From: Fibrobacteria bacterium
Lineage (GTDB): Bacteria; Fibrobacterota; Chitinivibrionia; Chitinivibrionales; FEN-1185
NCBI GenBank assembly: GCA_037447435.1
Contig: JBBIGR010000062.1
Coordinates: 1-20,233 of the forward strand
Length of the DNA stretch: 20,233 nucleotides
Direction: 5' to 3'
Part shown: positions 1-7,765 of the stretch, piece after piece
Numbering within the stretch: the first letter of the stretch is position 1
Layout of the letters: each line of letters begins with the position of its first letter
Position numbers and translations under genes: made by a program
The notes under the pieces: model-generated
The model's input: the letters and a program-made list of their open reading frames with translations, nothing else
Databases searched by the model: none
Told to the model about the DNA's origin: nothing

Positions 1-144
1 TTTTGACAATATGCACCATTAGCTCAGTTGGTACCCCTACTAAAGTAGGGATTGAGCTTTGGCTCTTGCTCCCAGGGAGCAAATGATTTTACACCAACTT
101 CGCTTTAAAAGTTTTGGCTATATGCACCATTAGCTCAGTTGGTA
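1..144 (+). repeat. Direct repeat with 111-bp period (1-33 vs 112-144)
   Basis: 31/33 identity, with 9-33 identical to 120-144. Similarity runs to the window edge. Confidence 0.9.
13..93 (+). pseudogene. Degenerate 5' fragment of tRNA-Lys, interrupted in the D-arm by a palindromic insert
   Basis: 13-33 GCACCATTAGCTCAGTTGGTA is identical to 124-144. It is followed by a 43-bp palindromic insert (34-76), then GAGCAAATGATTTTACA (77-93), which matches 145-161 at 12/17. Confidence 0.6.
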
Positions 145-163
145 GAGCAACTGACTCTTAATC
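124..163 (+). pseudogene. Truncated tRNA-Lys(CUU), 5' half only; probable att junction
   Basis: Acceptor 5' strand GCACCAT, TA, D-stem GCTC/GAGC with loop AGTTGGTA, anticodon stem ACTGA and loop CTCTTAA (CTT at 157-159). Only TC of the expected TCAGT follows. No T-arm (GTTCG) or acceptor 3' strand downstream. Confidence 0.85.
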
Positions 164-326
164 GTCAAATTACCGCCAAAAACCCCGAATTCCGCGAAAT
201 TCCGCAGGCCGAGAAAAAATAAAAACAAGATTCTGACAAGATTTCTTACGTTGTAAAATCGCTTACCAATACAGTTTTTAATTCTTTGGTCGTATTAAAA
301 AACCAACTATCAAAACTTTAAAAAAT

Positions 327-863
327 TCAATTATAATAAAGATTGTCGTTACAAGAAACCGAAGCGCATTTTCCATTGACAAATACTATAACAAACCGTA
401 TGCACTGTTTGTGAAAACCGCCATCGACGCATTTCTTTTCATAAAACCAGATTTGTTGATTTGAGAAAGACTTTTTCCGAGTCGGTTGACCGGCAACGGA
501 AAGTGCCTTGGCCATTGTCCCGCCATACCGAAGCGCTTCACGGTATTTATTGATGTCCACGCCAACAAAGGGTCGTTCGACCGGTATTCCAGTTCTTTTC
601 ATGGTCGTCGATGATGCCACATCAGTTTTTTTTGGCAGGGTATCGACCGGCTTCGCAACAGCGTCAACCACCTTTCCGCTATCCCGGTTGGATTCTGTGA
701 ATGTAGACGCTGATTTGCTCACTGATACAGTATCGTCTTTTGCCGTTATTACTTTATTGGCCTTATCCGCAGGATCCTTTTTCGAACCTGATGTGGAGCA
801 CGAAAAAAGTGCGAGAGTCGCTGAAAGCGACACGATTAATACAATCATTTTAAAGAAGGCCAT
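327..863 (-). CDS. Lipoprotein with S/T/K/D-rich linker and C-terminal BamE/SmpA-like domain
   Basis: Signal peptide with lipobox-like LFSC. C-terminal motif G-T-x7-G-x-P...IWFY. ATG at 863 lies 8 nt after GGAGG, so it is preferred over the TTG at 869. Confidence 0.7.
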   Translation of the reverse strand: MAFFKMIVLIVSLSATLALFSCSTSGSKKDPADKANKVITAKDDTVSVSKSASTFTESNRDSGKVVDAVAKPVDTLPKKTDVASSTTMKRTGIPVERPFVGVDINKYREALRYGGTMAKALSVAGQPTRKKSFSNQQIWFYEKKCVDGGFHKQCIRFVIVFVNGKCASVSCNDNLYYN

Positions 864-896
864 AGACAATGCCTCCCTTCTGAATGGTGTTGTTTT

Positions 897-1787
897 TTAC
901 CGTGTTTTTTTATAATCTTTTTTCAACATATCGTATGAGATTGATTCATCACAGTCACCGTCAAGAATACCATGCTCTGGCGCATCTTCGGGAATCGAAT
1001 CACAGTTAAGCCAGATCCCTTGACCTGCAGCCTTGAGTTTGTGCATCATATAACTGCCGTGATCAACAACCTTAATTTTCGAGTATTCTATTTGAACACC
1101 ATCTTTTGTAAGTTTCCACTTTCCCGTTTTGTACATTATGAAATTGAACGAAATGGCTCCGGCAGCATCTTGATCTACGGTCTTGACGAAATTAATAGAG
1201 CCATCTTTCGTTAACGTTCGCGTTACGTGATTGTTTATATGAGACCCAGATGAAGCCAACATGGAGTTATCAATCCATTCGTCCCCTTCTCTATCTCGAT
1301 ATGCACCCGATATTTCTTCCACTTTCTTCAACGCTCTTGGAATAGCTTGCGTTTTTTTAATCGTGATAGCAGCTCTCAGCGAGTCAAGAATCGGCGAAAT
1401 ATTCATATTTTTAAGGAGAGGAAGAAATAGCTGCAATCTTCCCGAATCGCTCCGGACTCGAGCATCGATTTCGTCAGCCGTGGTAAACGAATCCGAGATA
1501 AAAGATCGGACAATGTCGTTGACTTCTACGAGAACTCGAGTATTATAGATACTTTCGATCTTCTCTATCGTCGTATCACCTGAATGATATTTCGGATTTA
1601 CCCGCAAAAGGGAATCAAAATATGCACTGGCAATGGAAAGGTTATCGCTCTGAATATTCCAAAAAATTTGGGGAACGAACTCTGCACCTTTTTGAGTGCA
1701 GCCTATCGCGAAAAAAGTCATAACAACGGCTAATGTTAGACAAATAACAGTATTTTTTTTAGTGAATGTCAACGAGTCTTTTATCAT
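897..1787 (-). CDS. Hypothetical lipoprotein, 296 aa
   Basis: Long ORF with a KK-hydrophobic-AIGC signal and lipobox, GAAAGG upstream, co-oriented with both neighbours. Confidence 0.75.
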   Translation of the reverse strand: MIKDSLTFTKKNTVICLTLAVVMTFFAIGCTQKGAEFVPQIFWNIQSDNLSIASAYFDSLLRVNPKYHSGDTTIEKIESIYNTRVLVEVNDIVRSFISDSFTTADEIDARVRSDSGRLQLFLPLLKNMNISPILDSLRAAITIKKTQAIPRALKKVEEISGAYRDREGDEWIDNSMLASSGSHINNHVTRTLTKDGSINFVKTVDQDAAGAISFNFIMYKTGKWKLTKDGVQIEYSKIKVVDHGSYMMHKLKAAGQGIWLNCDSIPEDAPEHGILDGDCDESISYDMLKKDYKKTR

Positions 1788-1845
1788 AGGCTAACCTTTC
1801 AATCCTTTGAATTAATCCACGAGATTGTTCTCGAACCGTTTTTCA

Positions 1846-2829
1846 TTAGTTGAACATTACGCCAAAGACTCTACCTGTTGATTTATTGAATTGGATCATT
1901 ACCATGTCAAATCTTTTTCCTGCATCAGGGTCATAAACACCCCAACTTAAATTGCTTTCATCTGAAATAAAGTCGTAACACCATACATCACTGCCAGACC
2001 AACTCTGTAGGCTACTTGGAGTACCAAGCAGTCCCTTGATTTTATCTTTTGACAGACCCGTCACAACTTTTTTGAATTCTTTTTGCGTATACTTTTTATC
2101 GTTACCGGCATTTGATGATTCAACTGAGGTATTGGCTGGTTGTTGTTCATTTTGACCAACCTGCAGCTGTTCAGATGATTCATGACCTGATCCAACTCCA
2201 ATTTTTTCCAAATCGAGCTTTAATCCTGTAGTAAGGACATATTTCCCGTAATCCGTTAGAACGGTCTTTTTAGTAACGGAATCGTTGACAAATATTAAGT
2301 CGGCTATTGTCGTGCCATTCGTATCCCAAAATTCAAAGTGCCCATTAAGTTTTCCTTTTATGAAGCTTTCTTCGTTTTCCTTTTTTCCATTGTTATACCA
2401 TGATCGACACTTCCCATCTAGGACCCCTTCCGAATAATTTGATTCTGCAATTAGCTTACCACTTTCATTCCATTGCAGACAAAGACCATTAAATTTCCCA
2501 TCGGAATAATTACTCTCTTCCATTTTCCAACCGTTTTTATGCCAAAACACCCACTTCCCGGTTCTTCCGCCCTTAGGAATTCCGGTGACACCGACTTCTC
2601 CATCGGAGGGATTACGTCGGGTAAAATTTCCCTTGCCCATAATTCGCCCGTTTTCATACCACGATGAATATTCACCATCCCACAAAAAACTGCCGTTTTT
2701 ATCCTTAACGACCTGATATCGCTCTTTAACCTGACCCGAAGGATATTTTGTTTCACGAGACTCATGGTTACTGCATCCAGCCAGAACAATTCCCAACACA
2801 AAAGCGCCCTTTAAAACGACCGACTTCAT
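1846..2829 (-). CDS. MORN-variant repeat (YwqK-like) lipoprotein with C-terminal BamE/SmpA-like domain
   Basis: Lipobox LAGC and repeated DG/NG-x4-W-x2-NG units (WYENG, WHKNG, WNESG, WYNNG, WDTNG). C-terminal GLSKDKIKGLLGTP...VWCY. ATG at 2829 has AAGGAGG upstream. Confidence 0.85.
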   Translation of the reverse strand: MKSVVLKGAFVLGIVLAGCSNHESRETKYPSGQVKERYQVVKDKNGSFLWDGEYSSWYENGRIMGKGNFTRRNPSDGEVGVTGIPKGGRTGKWVFWHKNGWKMEESNYSDGKFNGLCLQWNESGKLIAESNYSEGVLDGKCRSWYNNGKKENEESFIKGKLNGHFEFWDTNGTTIADLIFVNDSVTKKTVLTDYGKYVLTTGLKLDLEKIGVGSGHESSEQLQVGQNEQQPANTSVESSNAGNDKKYTQKEFKKVVTGLSKDKIKGLLGTPSSLQSWSGSDVWCYDFISDESNLSWGVYDPDAGKRFDMVMIQFNKSTGRVFGVMFN

Positions 2830-2919
2830 AGCCCCTCCTTTGCAGATAGAATTTGTGATGTTATTGACAAACGCGTTATTTGACGATAAAATGACACACA
2901 AAGCAAATATAATAAATGG

Positions 2920-2945
2920 TACTTATAGTCCGTAGACTTATAATC
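2920..2945 (+). promoter_or_regulatory. Double C-box operator (C.PvuII/C.Esp1396I type)
   Basis: TACT-TAT-AGTC-CGTA-GACT-TAT-AATC: two near-palindromic GACT-N3-AGTC boxes 15 bp apart with a central GT, upstream of a C-protein-like gene. A candidate -10 TATTAT lies at 2956-2961. Confidence 0.8.
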
Positions 2946-3008
2946 CTCAAACATCTATTATATCAGCAGCTCATATATTTCGCTCTTTTTGCAAGGCACT
3001 GCTAATAG

Positions 3009-3242
3009 ATGGTTAGAAAACAGCCCATACTGGTTAAACTTGGTAGCAACATTAAGTCTGCACGGAAATCCCTTGGGCTATCACAGGAGGATTTGGCGCT
3101 GGAAGCTGACATTGACAGAAGTTATATAGGCGGAGTTGAGCGTGGAGAGAGGAATATTGCAATAATAAACCTTTGTAAAATCGCTAAGGCCCTAAACGTG
3201 AAGCCTTCATTTTTATTAAAAGACCTCGAAAAAACTTTATAA
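3009..3242 (+). CDS. XRE-family HTH regulator, R-M controller (C-protein)-like
   Basis: 77 aa; LSQEDLALEADIDRSYIGGVERGERNI matches the C-protein/HTH_3 signature; C-box upstream. Confidence 0.92.
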   Translation: MVRKQPILVKLGSNIKSARKSLGLSQEDLALEADIDRSYIGGVERGERNIAIINLCKIAKALNVKPSFLLKDLEKTL

Positions 3243-3277
3243 ACTCTCTTTGTCGAAAAAAACAAAATCTTTTCCCC

Positions 3278-3670
3278 TCATTCATTTTCATAAAATTCAT
3301 CCTTGGATACGATTTCAGTTTCAGAAGCCCTTCGCTTTTCTCGACAATTCTTCTTGATATATGCGAACATTGTTCCCGTAATGCCTTTCCATAAATAAGT
3401 ACTTAGGCAATACGTCTTATAAATGCCAGCTTTGTTTTTAAAACGAATCTTGTACCTTTGTATGTTTATGTCTGCAAAAAGTATACATTCTTGCAGTATA
3501 TCTTCGCCATAGGCGACTACTGTAGGATAAGATATCGAGGTCTGAATGCGAAAAATCATAAATCCGACCAAGTGCAGTAGTAATTTGTCCCGTGCCAGCC
3601 GATCGCCCCTCTTTGCGAGATAAATGAGCTTCCGTTCTTCTTTTACTGGAAGCTTCTTATGCTTGGTCAT
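3278..3670 (-). CDS. Sigma70 region 1.2/2-like protein lacking regions 3-4
   Basis: EERKLIYLAKRGDRLARDKLL resembles region 1.2/2.1, EDILQEC region 2.2 (DLIQEG) and LSTYLWKGI region 2.3 (FSTYAxxWI). ATG at 3670 gives 130 aa; the ORF is open up to 3730. Confidence 0.7.
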   Translation of the reverse strand: MTKHKKLPVKEERKLIYLAKRGDRLARDKLLLHLVGFMIFRIQTSISYPTVVAYGEDILQECILFADINIQRYKIRFKNKAGIYKTYCLSTYLWKGITGTMFAYIKKNCREKRRASETEIVSKDEFYENE

Positions 3671-3757
3671 TGTAGCACGAAAATTGTGAAAAGTGCCTCT
3701 CGTCTTTTCCAAAATGAAATTCCTTCCCAAATATCAAAATTACATGCTGATCGAAAT

Positions 3758-3797
3758 AAAAAAAAAAGAGGTCAGCAACAAAATGCCGGCCTCTTTT
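3758..3797 (-). terminator. Intrinsic terminator of the recombinase operon
   Basis: Minus strand GAGGCCGGCA-TTTTGT-TGCTGACCTC hairpin (one mismatch, one G-U) followed by T10, starting 15 nt after the recombinase stop. Confidence 0.75.
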
Positions 3798-3812
3798 CCT
3801 CAACACATCCGA

Positions 3813-6560
3813 TCATTCCTCGTCAAATAGCGAAAAAGACGTGATCCTTGGCGTGCGAACAGCAACCTTCCAATACTCTGGATCGTTTGGAGTGATCACA
3901 CGCACCTTCCGCCGCAATCCGCGCTTCCGTGGGGTTTCCAGCGCGTTCAGAGAGGCAGTCCTTGTTCCACCATTCGAAGGAACATTCAAAAGCTGGACAT
4001 CGGGCATGATTTTCAATTTCAGAGATGCCGGAGTTGGCACCGCAGCCACCGTAGCAGGTTTTTCCACCCTTTGAGCTGAGCTCGGGAAAACAGGATCAAG
4101 GAGTGATTGCAATGGAGATTGAGATGAGGGGTTCACAAAGCCATTAATTGAAATCCCAAGCCATGACAACCTACCACCGTCCAAGACAGTTGTTGGCGCT
4201 AAATCCAGCCGGCAATCCATTTTCGAAAACGTATTGGCAACGGCAGCGTCGATCTGATCCGACCCAATAAACCTCCAGCAAAAATCACGGCTTCTTTTCT
4301 CCTCGGAACAAGTGCGCGAGCAGCCTGTTGAGGCCAGAATCTCGAAATTCAGCGCAATTTCGCCTTCGACCGAAGTTGAGAGGATTATATTCCCCGGAAC
4401 TTTGGTCGAAAGTTCCGGTAGTAAAAAATTTTCGAGTGGCGGATTGCTTTTGACGAGCCCTGCAAGCCTTGCAGACTTTACCACAACTGCGCCGCCGATG
4501 AGCAAAACCCCTGACGTGGTTTTACGCTTTTCTGCGCCGCTATTCGGCTTTGAAGAATCATTAAGCAGCTCAACTGAACGGATTTCAAAACGATCCACGA
4601 TTTGGCGAAAGGCCTCGTTGGCCTCCCTCGGGTTTTTCTGGAACAGCTCTTTGAGACGATTTATCCAGCGTTGAATTGACACATCGTCGAGGCTCAGATT
4701 TTCCTCGACATATTTGAGAAGCATTGTTCGTTCTCGCACCATTCGCTCCAACTTCTCGGCTTTATCGAAATCGGAGTTGATAAGTGCATCCAGTTTGACC
4801 CGTGATGTGCTCCCAAAGCGCTCGGATCCTTTGACGACTTCTTTGATATAATCTTCATGGCGGCTACGACTTTCAGCAAAAGCATCGCGCTCAGCGGCGA
4901 TCCGAGCTATTTCGCGCTTTGCCTCCTCCTTGTACATGGAACAGAATTCCGGAAAAACCTCTGTCAGGAATTCTTCCGCCATTTGGAACAGCGCCTGTTG
5001 AAGATCCTCGCCGTGAAGGTAATGGCTTTGCGTGCAGCGAGAATCCCCTTTTTTCTTTGTGCGTCCTTGACACGCCATAAGATCGGTGCCGGATGGGCCC
5101 GCCAGTACATATGGTTCACGGCATGTGCCGACTCTGCATTCAACCATACCACTTAAGACTTGATGACCGCTTTCTCTGCTCGGCCGATGTCCGCGGCGCC
5201 GACAATAAGGCGTCGGTCGTTGCCGCGCATCTTTCTGCAGGAGTCGCTCCCGGATTTTCAAATACGTATCAGGATTCATTGTGGCTATTTCCGGAGCAAA
5301 AACCTGAAAAGGAGGTTTGTCGACTTGTCTGAAATCATTTTCCAAATCATGCGGAAGCGGATGATCCCTATAGCTGAATGTTTCTTCCCTCGGGTTCAAA
5401 ACTCGTGTCCGATAAGGGCGTCGGAGCAACCCGAGGTTTTTGGCGTCGAGAAGCAGATTTCTGATAGCTCCAGGTGAAAGTTTCCGTCCATATTTTTCCT
5501 TTACCAATTTGGACAAATGATTGACGCTCGGCGTGACAAGAACTTGCTCAATAAGGAATTGAAGGATAGCATATCCTTCCGGCTTTTTAACCCACACGGC
5601 ATTAGTCGTCCGGCCGAAGCTGTCTTTGGTCGTTTCGACCTTGAAAGCAAAGGTTTCAATCCCCGGAATGGCGCGGAACCTTTTTAATGTGCCGCGTTTG
5701 AAATTTGAAATTCTATTTCCCATCTGCGTGGGTTCAACCTGTGCCTTTGCCGCCTTTTCGGCAAGCGTACCTGCATTTTCAAGCAAGGCGAGATTTAATG
5801 GGTTGTTCCGCTCCAACAGTTGCAAATGGAAAAAATTGCAGTTTTCGGCAACATCGAAAATAACACTCATTCTCCTTGAGAGCCTGGAAATTTCAGGGGA
5901 TGATATTGCGTTGGGGATCAGCTCAAGACCCTTGCTGTCGTTTTCCCATAGCTGATTTATAACCTTGTCAAATATCAATCGACCACGCGTAATGTACCCT
6001 CGTTTAAAGAAATCCAAACAAACGCCGACAACGGAGAAATTCGGGTCATATTCCTGTATATCCACGAGTTCCATCATTTGTGAAATCGCGCTGAGAGGGT
6101 CTTGAAGTCCATCCGCGGTTGAAATTCTCAGGACGACAAGCGCACGAATTTTTCCGCTATCCCGCACCTGCTGGTGACGAGCCCTGAAAAGCATCTGTTC
6201 GACATTGGATTCCCAGAGCAACAGATGCCGATATTCCGGCGGAATAAATGGTAGCATCTTCAACAAGGCAGCGTCACCGCTGTCCGCCTCTTTCAGCGAA
6301 GGAACCGGCTCATTCGGTGTATACGCAGTCTTTTCGTAAAGTTGTTTCAATGATGGCATAGGATTCTCCCTTTCATTTTTTTTGTTTAATGAAGTAACGA
6401 AGCAATCTGGATTCGATCCTATGCCGATATTATCTGAATGCGGATATGAATTGGGATGTGGGATATTATTTAGATTGGATGAAAGTATCCTTTCGGTACT
6501 TTCGCTTATTAATTTAACACTTTTAGGGATTGCTGTCAACTCAAAGTTACATGTCTTCAT
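3813..6560 (-). CDS. Large serine recombinase (resolvase catalytic, recombinase, Zn-ribbon and coiled-coil domains) with N- and C-terminal extensions
   Basis: VLRIST (catalytic Ser codon 6122-6120), SAISQ, EISRLSR, LSGMVECxxxxC...C...C zinc ribbon, coiled coil and FRQIVDRFEI. ATG 6560 has AAGGAGGTG; a second in-frame ATG at 6359 has GGGAG. Confidence 0.85.
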   Translation of the reverse strand: MKTCNFELTAIPKSVKLISESTERILSSNLNNIPHPNSYPHSDNIGIGSNPDCFVTSLNKKNERENPMPSLKQLYEKTAYTPNEPVPSLKEADSGDAALLKMLPFIPPEYRHLLLWESNVEQMLFRARHQQVRDSGKIRALVVLRISTADGLQDPLSAISQMMELVDIQEYDPNFSVVGVCLDFFKRGYITRGRLIFDKVINQLWENDSKGLELIPNAISSPEISRLSRRMSVIFDVAENCNFFHLQLLERNNPLNLALLENAGTLAEKAAKAQVEPTQMGNRISNFKRGTLKRFRAIPGIETFAFKVETTKDSFGRTTNAVWVKKPEGYAILQFLIEQVLVTPSVNHLSKLVKEKYGRKLSPGAIRNLLLDAKNLGLLRRPYRTRVLNPREETFSYRDHPLPHDLENDFRQVDKPPFQVFAPEIATMNPDTYLKIRERLLQKDARQRPTPYCRRRGHRPSRESGHQVLSGMVECRVGTCREPYVLAGPSGTDLMACQGRTKKKGDSRCTQSHYLHGEDLQQALFQMAEEFLTEVFPEFCSMYKEEAKREIARIAAERDAFAESRSRHEDYIKEVVKGSERFGSTSRVKLDALINSDFDKAEKLERMVRERTMLLKYVEENLSLDDVSIQRWINRLKELFQKNPREANEAFRQIVDRFEIRSVELLNDSSKPNSGAEKRKTTSGVLLIGGAVVVKSARLAGLVKSNPPLENFLLPELSTKVPGNIILSTSVEGEIALNFEILASTGCSRTCSEEKRSRDFCWRFIGSDQIDAAVANTFSKMDCRLDLAPTTVLDGGRLSWLGISINGFVNPSSQSPLQSLLDPVFPSSAQRVEKPATVAAVPTPASLKLKIMPDVQLLNVPSNGGTRTASLNALETPRKRGLRRKVRVITPNDPEYWKVAVRTPRITSFSLFDEE

Positions 6561-6879
6561 TCGGCACCTCCTTTGAAATTTTCAATAATTGCTCCTTAAT
6601 TATCATGTTAGCAACGAGCCTCATGAACTGTCGCGTTGCGATGCGTTCGCGGCCCAGTATGTATTCTTGCTCCGAGCACCCCATTTCCTTGACATTTGAC
6701 GGCATAAAAGGAGACTCTTGCTCAATGGCAAGCGCAAGAATTGACGGCATCTTTTGCGGACCGCTGGCTTTGTTTTTGCGATGACACAATGTGGTCATGT
6801 CCCGCATTGGTTTTTGACTATGGGGTTCCTTTTCAGGAACTCCATCATGATGTGAATTGGCGCTATTGATTATCGTCAT
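6547..6879 (-). CDS. Hypothetical protein, 110 aa
   Basis: AAAGGAGG Shine-Dalgarno; the 3' end overlaps the recombinase start. Confidence 0.7.
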   Translation of the reverse strand: MTIINSANSHHDGVPEKEPHSQKPMRDMTTLCHRKNKASGPQKMPSILALAIEQESPFMPSNVKEMGCSEQEYILGRERIATRQFMRLVANMIIKEQLLKISKEVPNEDM

Positions 6880-6893
6880 TGTTTGCCTCCTTT

Positions 6894-7250
6894 CTAATCC
6901 GAAATTTCACTGAGATCGACATCACCGATAAAAGGTGAATCCGGCGTTTCTTTTGGCACAATCCATAATCGCTTTTCGATTTTCCAGGAAAGAATAACCG
7001 GGACCCTGAGCCCGACCAATTCCGGCAGATATTCATCGTGAATCAACCCTAAGATCTTATTTCGATAGCTCATCTGCGGGTCAAACTCCTCGCCTGATTT
7101 GCAAATCGCAATGAATATGCGGACCAATTCCTCCTGTGGCAGCCTATCCAACGTTTTCCATAACATCTTTGCTTTCTGCGCCAACTGACGCATTGCCGCC
7201 TGATCACGAACGATTTCATCCCACATATTGTCCGGCTTTTTGTCACTCAT
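6894..7250 (-). CDS. Hypothetical protein, 118 aa
   Basis: Start overlaps the upstream stop, AAGGGGG SD-like site, within the operon. Confidence 0.75.
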   Translation of the reverse strand: MSDKKPDNMWDEIVRDQAAMRQLAQKAKMLWKTLDRLPQEELVRIFIAICKSGEEFDPQMSYRNKILGLIHDEYLPELVGLRVPVILSWKIEKRLWIVPKETPDSPFIGDVDLSEISD

Positions 7251-7527
7251 CTTTGCCCCCCTTATCTATTCCTCGAAGCCTACCCTCGAGAAGCCTGCAT
7301 AGAAAAGGAGGGCTCCCGGCAATCCATAGCGGAATCATTTCGGGCTTGACTGAATTGATTATTTCCGTCAGAATTACATGAGTTTTAGGGTATAGGTACC
7401 TGATGCCCGACCAATAGTAATCGGATTTCATATCTGATAACAACCGCAAATAGATAGCTGACGTGCCCATACTATGTCCAACTGGTGGCCATGTCGTGAA
7501 TACCGGTTTATTGTTTTTCTTTTTCAT
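7243..7527 (-). CDS. Hypothetical protein, 94 aa
   Basis: AGGAGGT SD; overlaps both neighbours. Confidence 0.7.
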   Translation of the reverse strand: MKKKNNKPVFTTWPPVGHSMGTSAIYLRLLSDMKSDYYWSGIRYLYPKTHVILTEIINSVKPEMIPLWIAGSPPFLCRLLEGRLRGIDKGGKDE

Positions 7528-7756
7528 CGTGAGACCTCCTTTTTGTAGCTTCCACGTGTTTGATCTCCAGTTCCAGCACCCATGGATCCTTTAGCTCGAC
7601 CTCCAAATTCTCGTGTATTACGGCAGCGATTCGCTTCGCAACGCTTTCCACCTCCCGGTGCAGCACCCCAAGAGCGGATACGGCTTTGTTTAATTTGCCA
7701 ACAAGCCGGGAGAGCTGCCCGACATCGATGACAACATCATCACTCATTTTTTTCAT
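7508..7756 (-). CDS. Hypothetical protein with a predicted coiled-coil helix, 82 aa
   Basis: TAAGGAGG SD directly after the nuclease stop; heptad-like L/V pattern. Confidence 0.7.
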   Translation of the reverse strand: MKKMSDDVVIDVGQLSRLVGKLNKAVSALGVLHREVESVAKRIAAVIHENLEVELKDPWVLELEIKHVEATKRRSHDEKEKQ

Positions 7757-7765
7757 TATCCCTCC

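Noticed and set aside
124..200. Intact or intron-containing tRNA-Lys
   Set aside because: No T-arm or acceptor 3' strand found downstream; the ATGGTGC matches near 8308 and 8634 are inside a CDS and lack tRNA context.
1846..2829. Toxin-antitoxin system based on the YwqK-like repeats
   Set aside because: No recognisable toxin gene nearby; MORN-variant repeats are not diagnostic.
161..3828. ATCGTCAAAT at the tRNA junction recurring at 2878-2887 (inverted) and partly at 3820-3828 as element ends
   Set aside because: Only 9-10 bp, AT-rich, with no extended similarity; compatible with chance.
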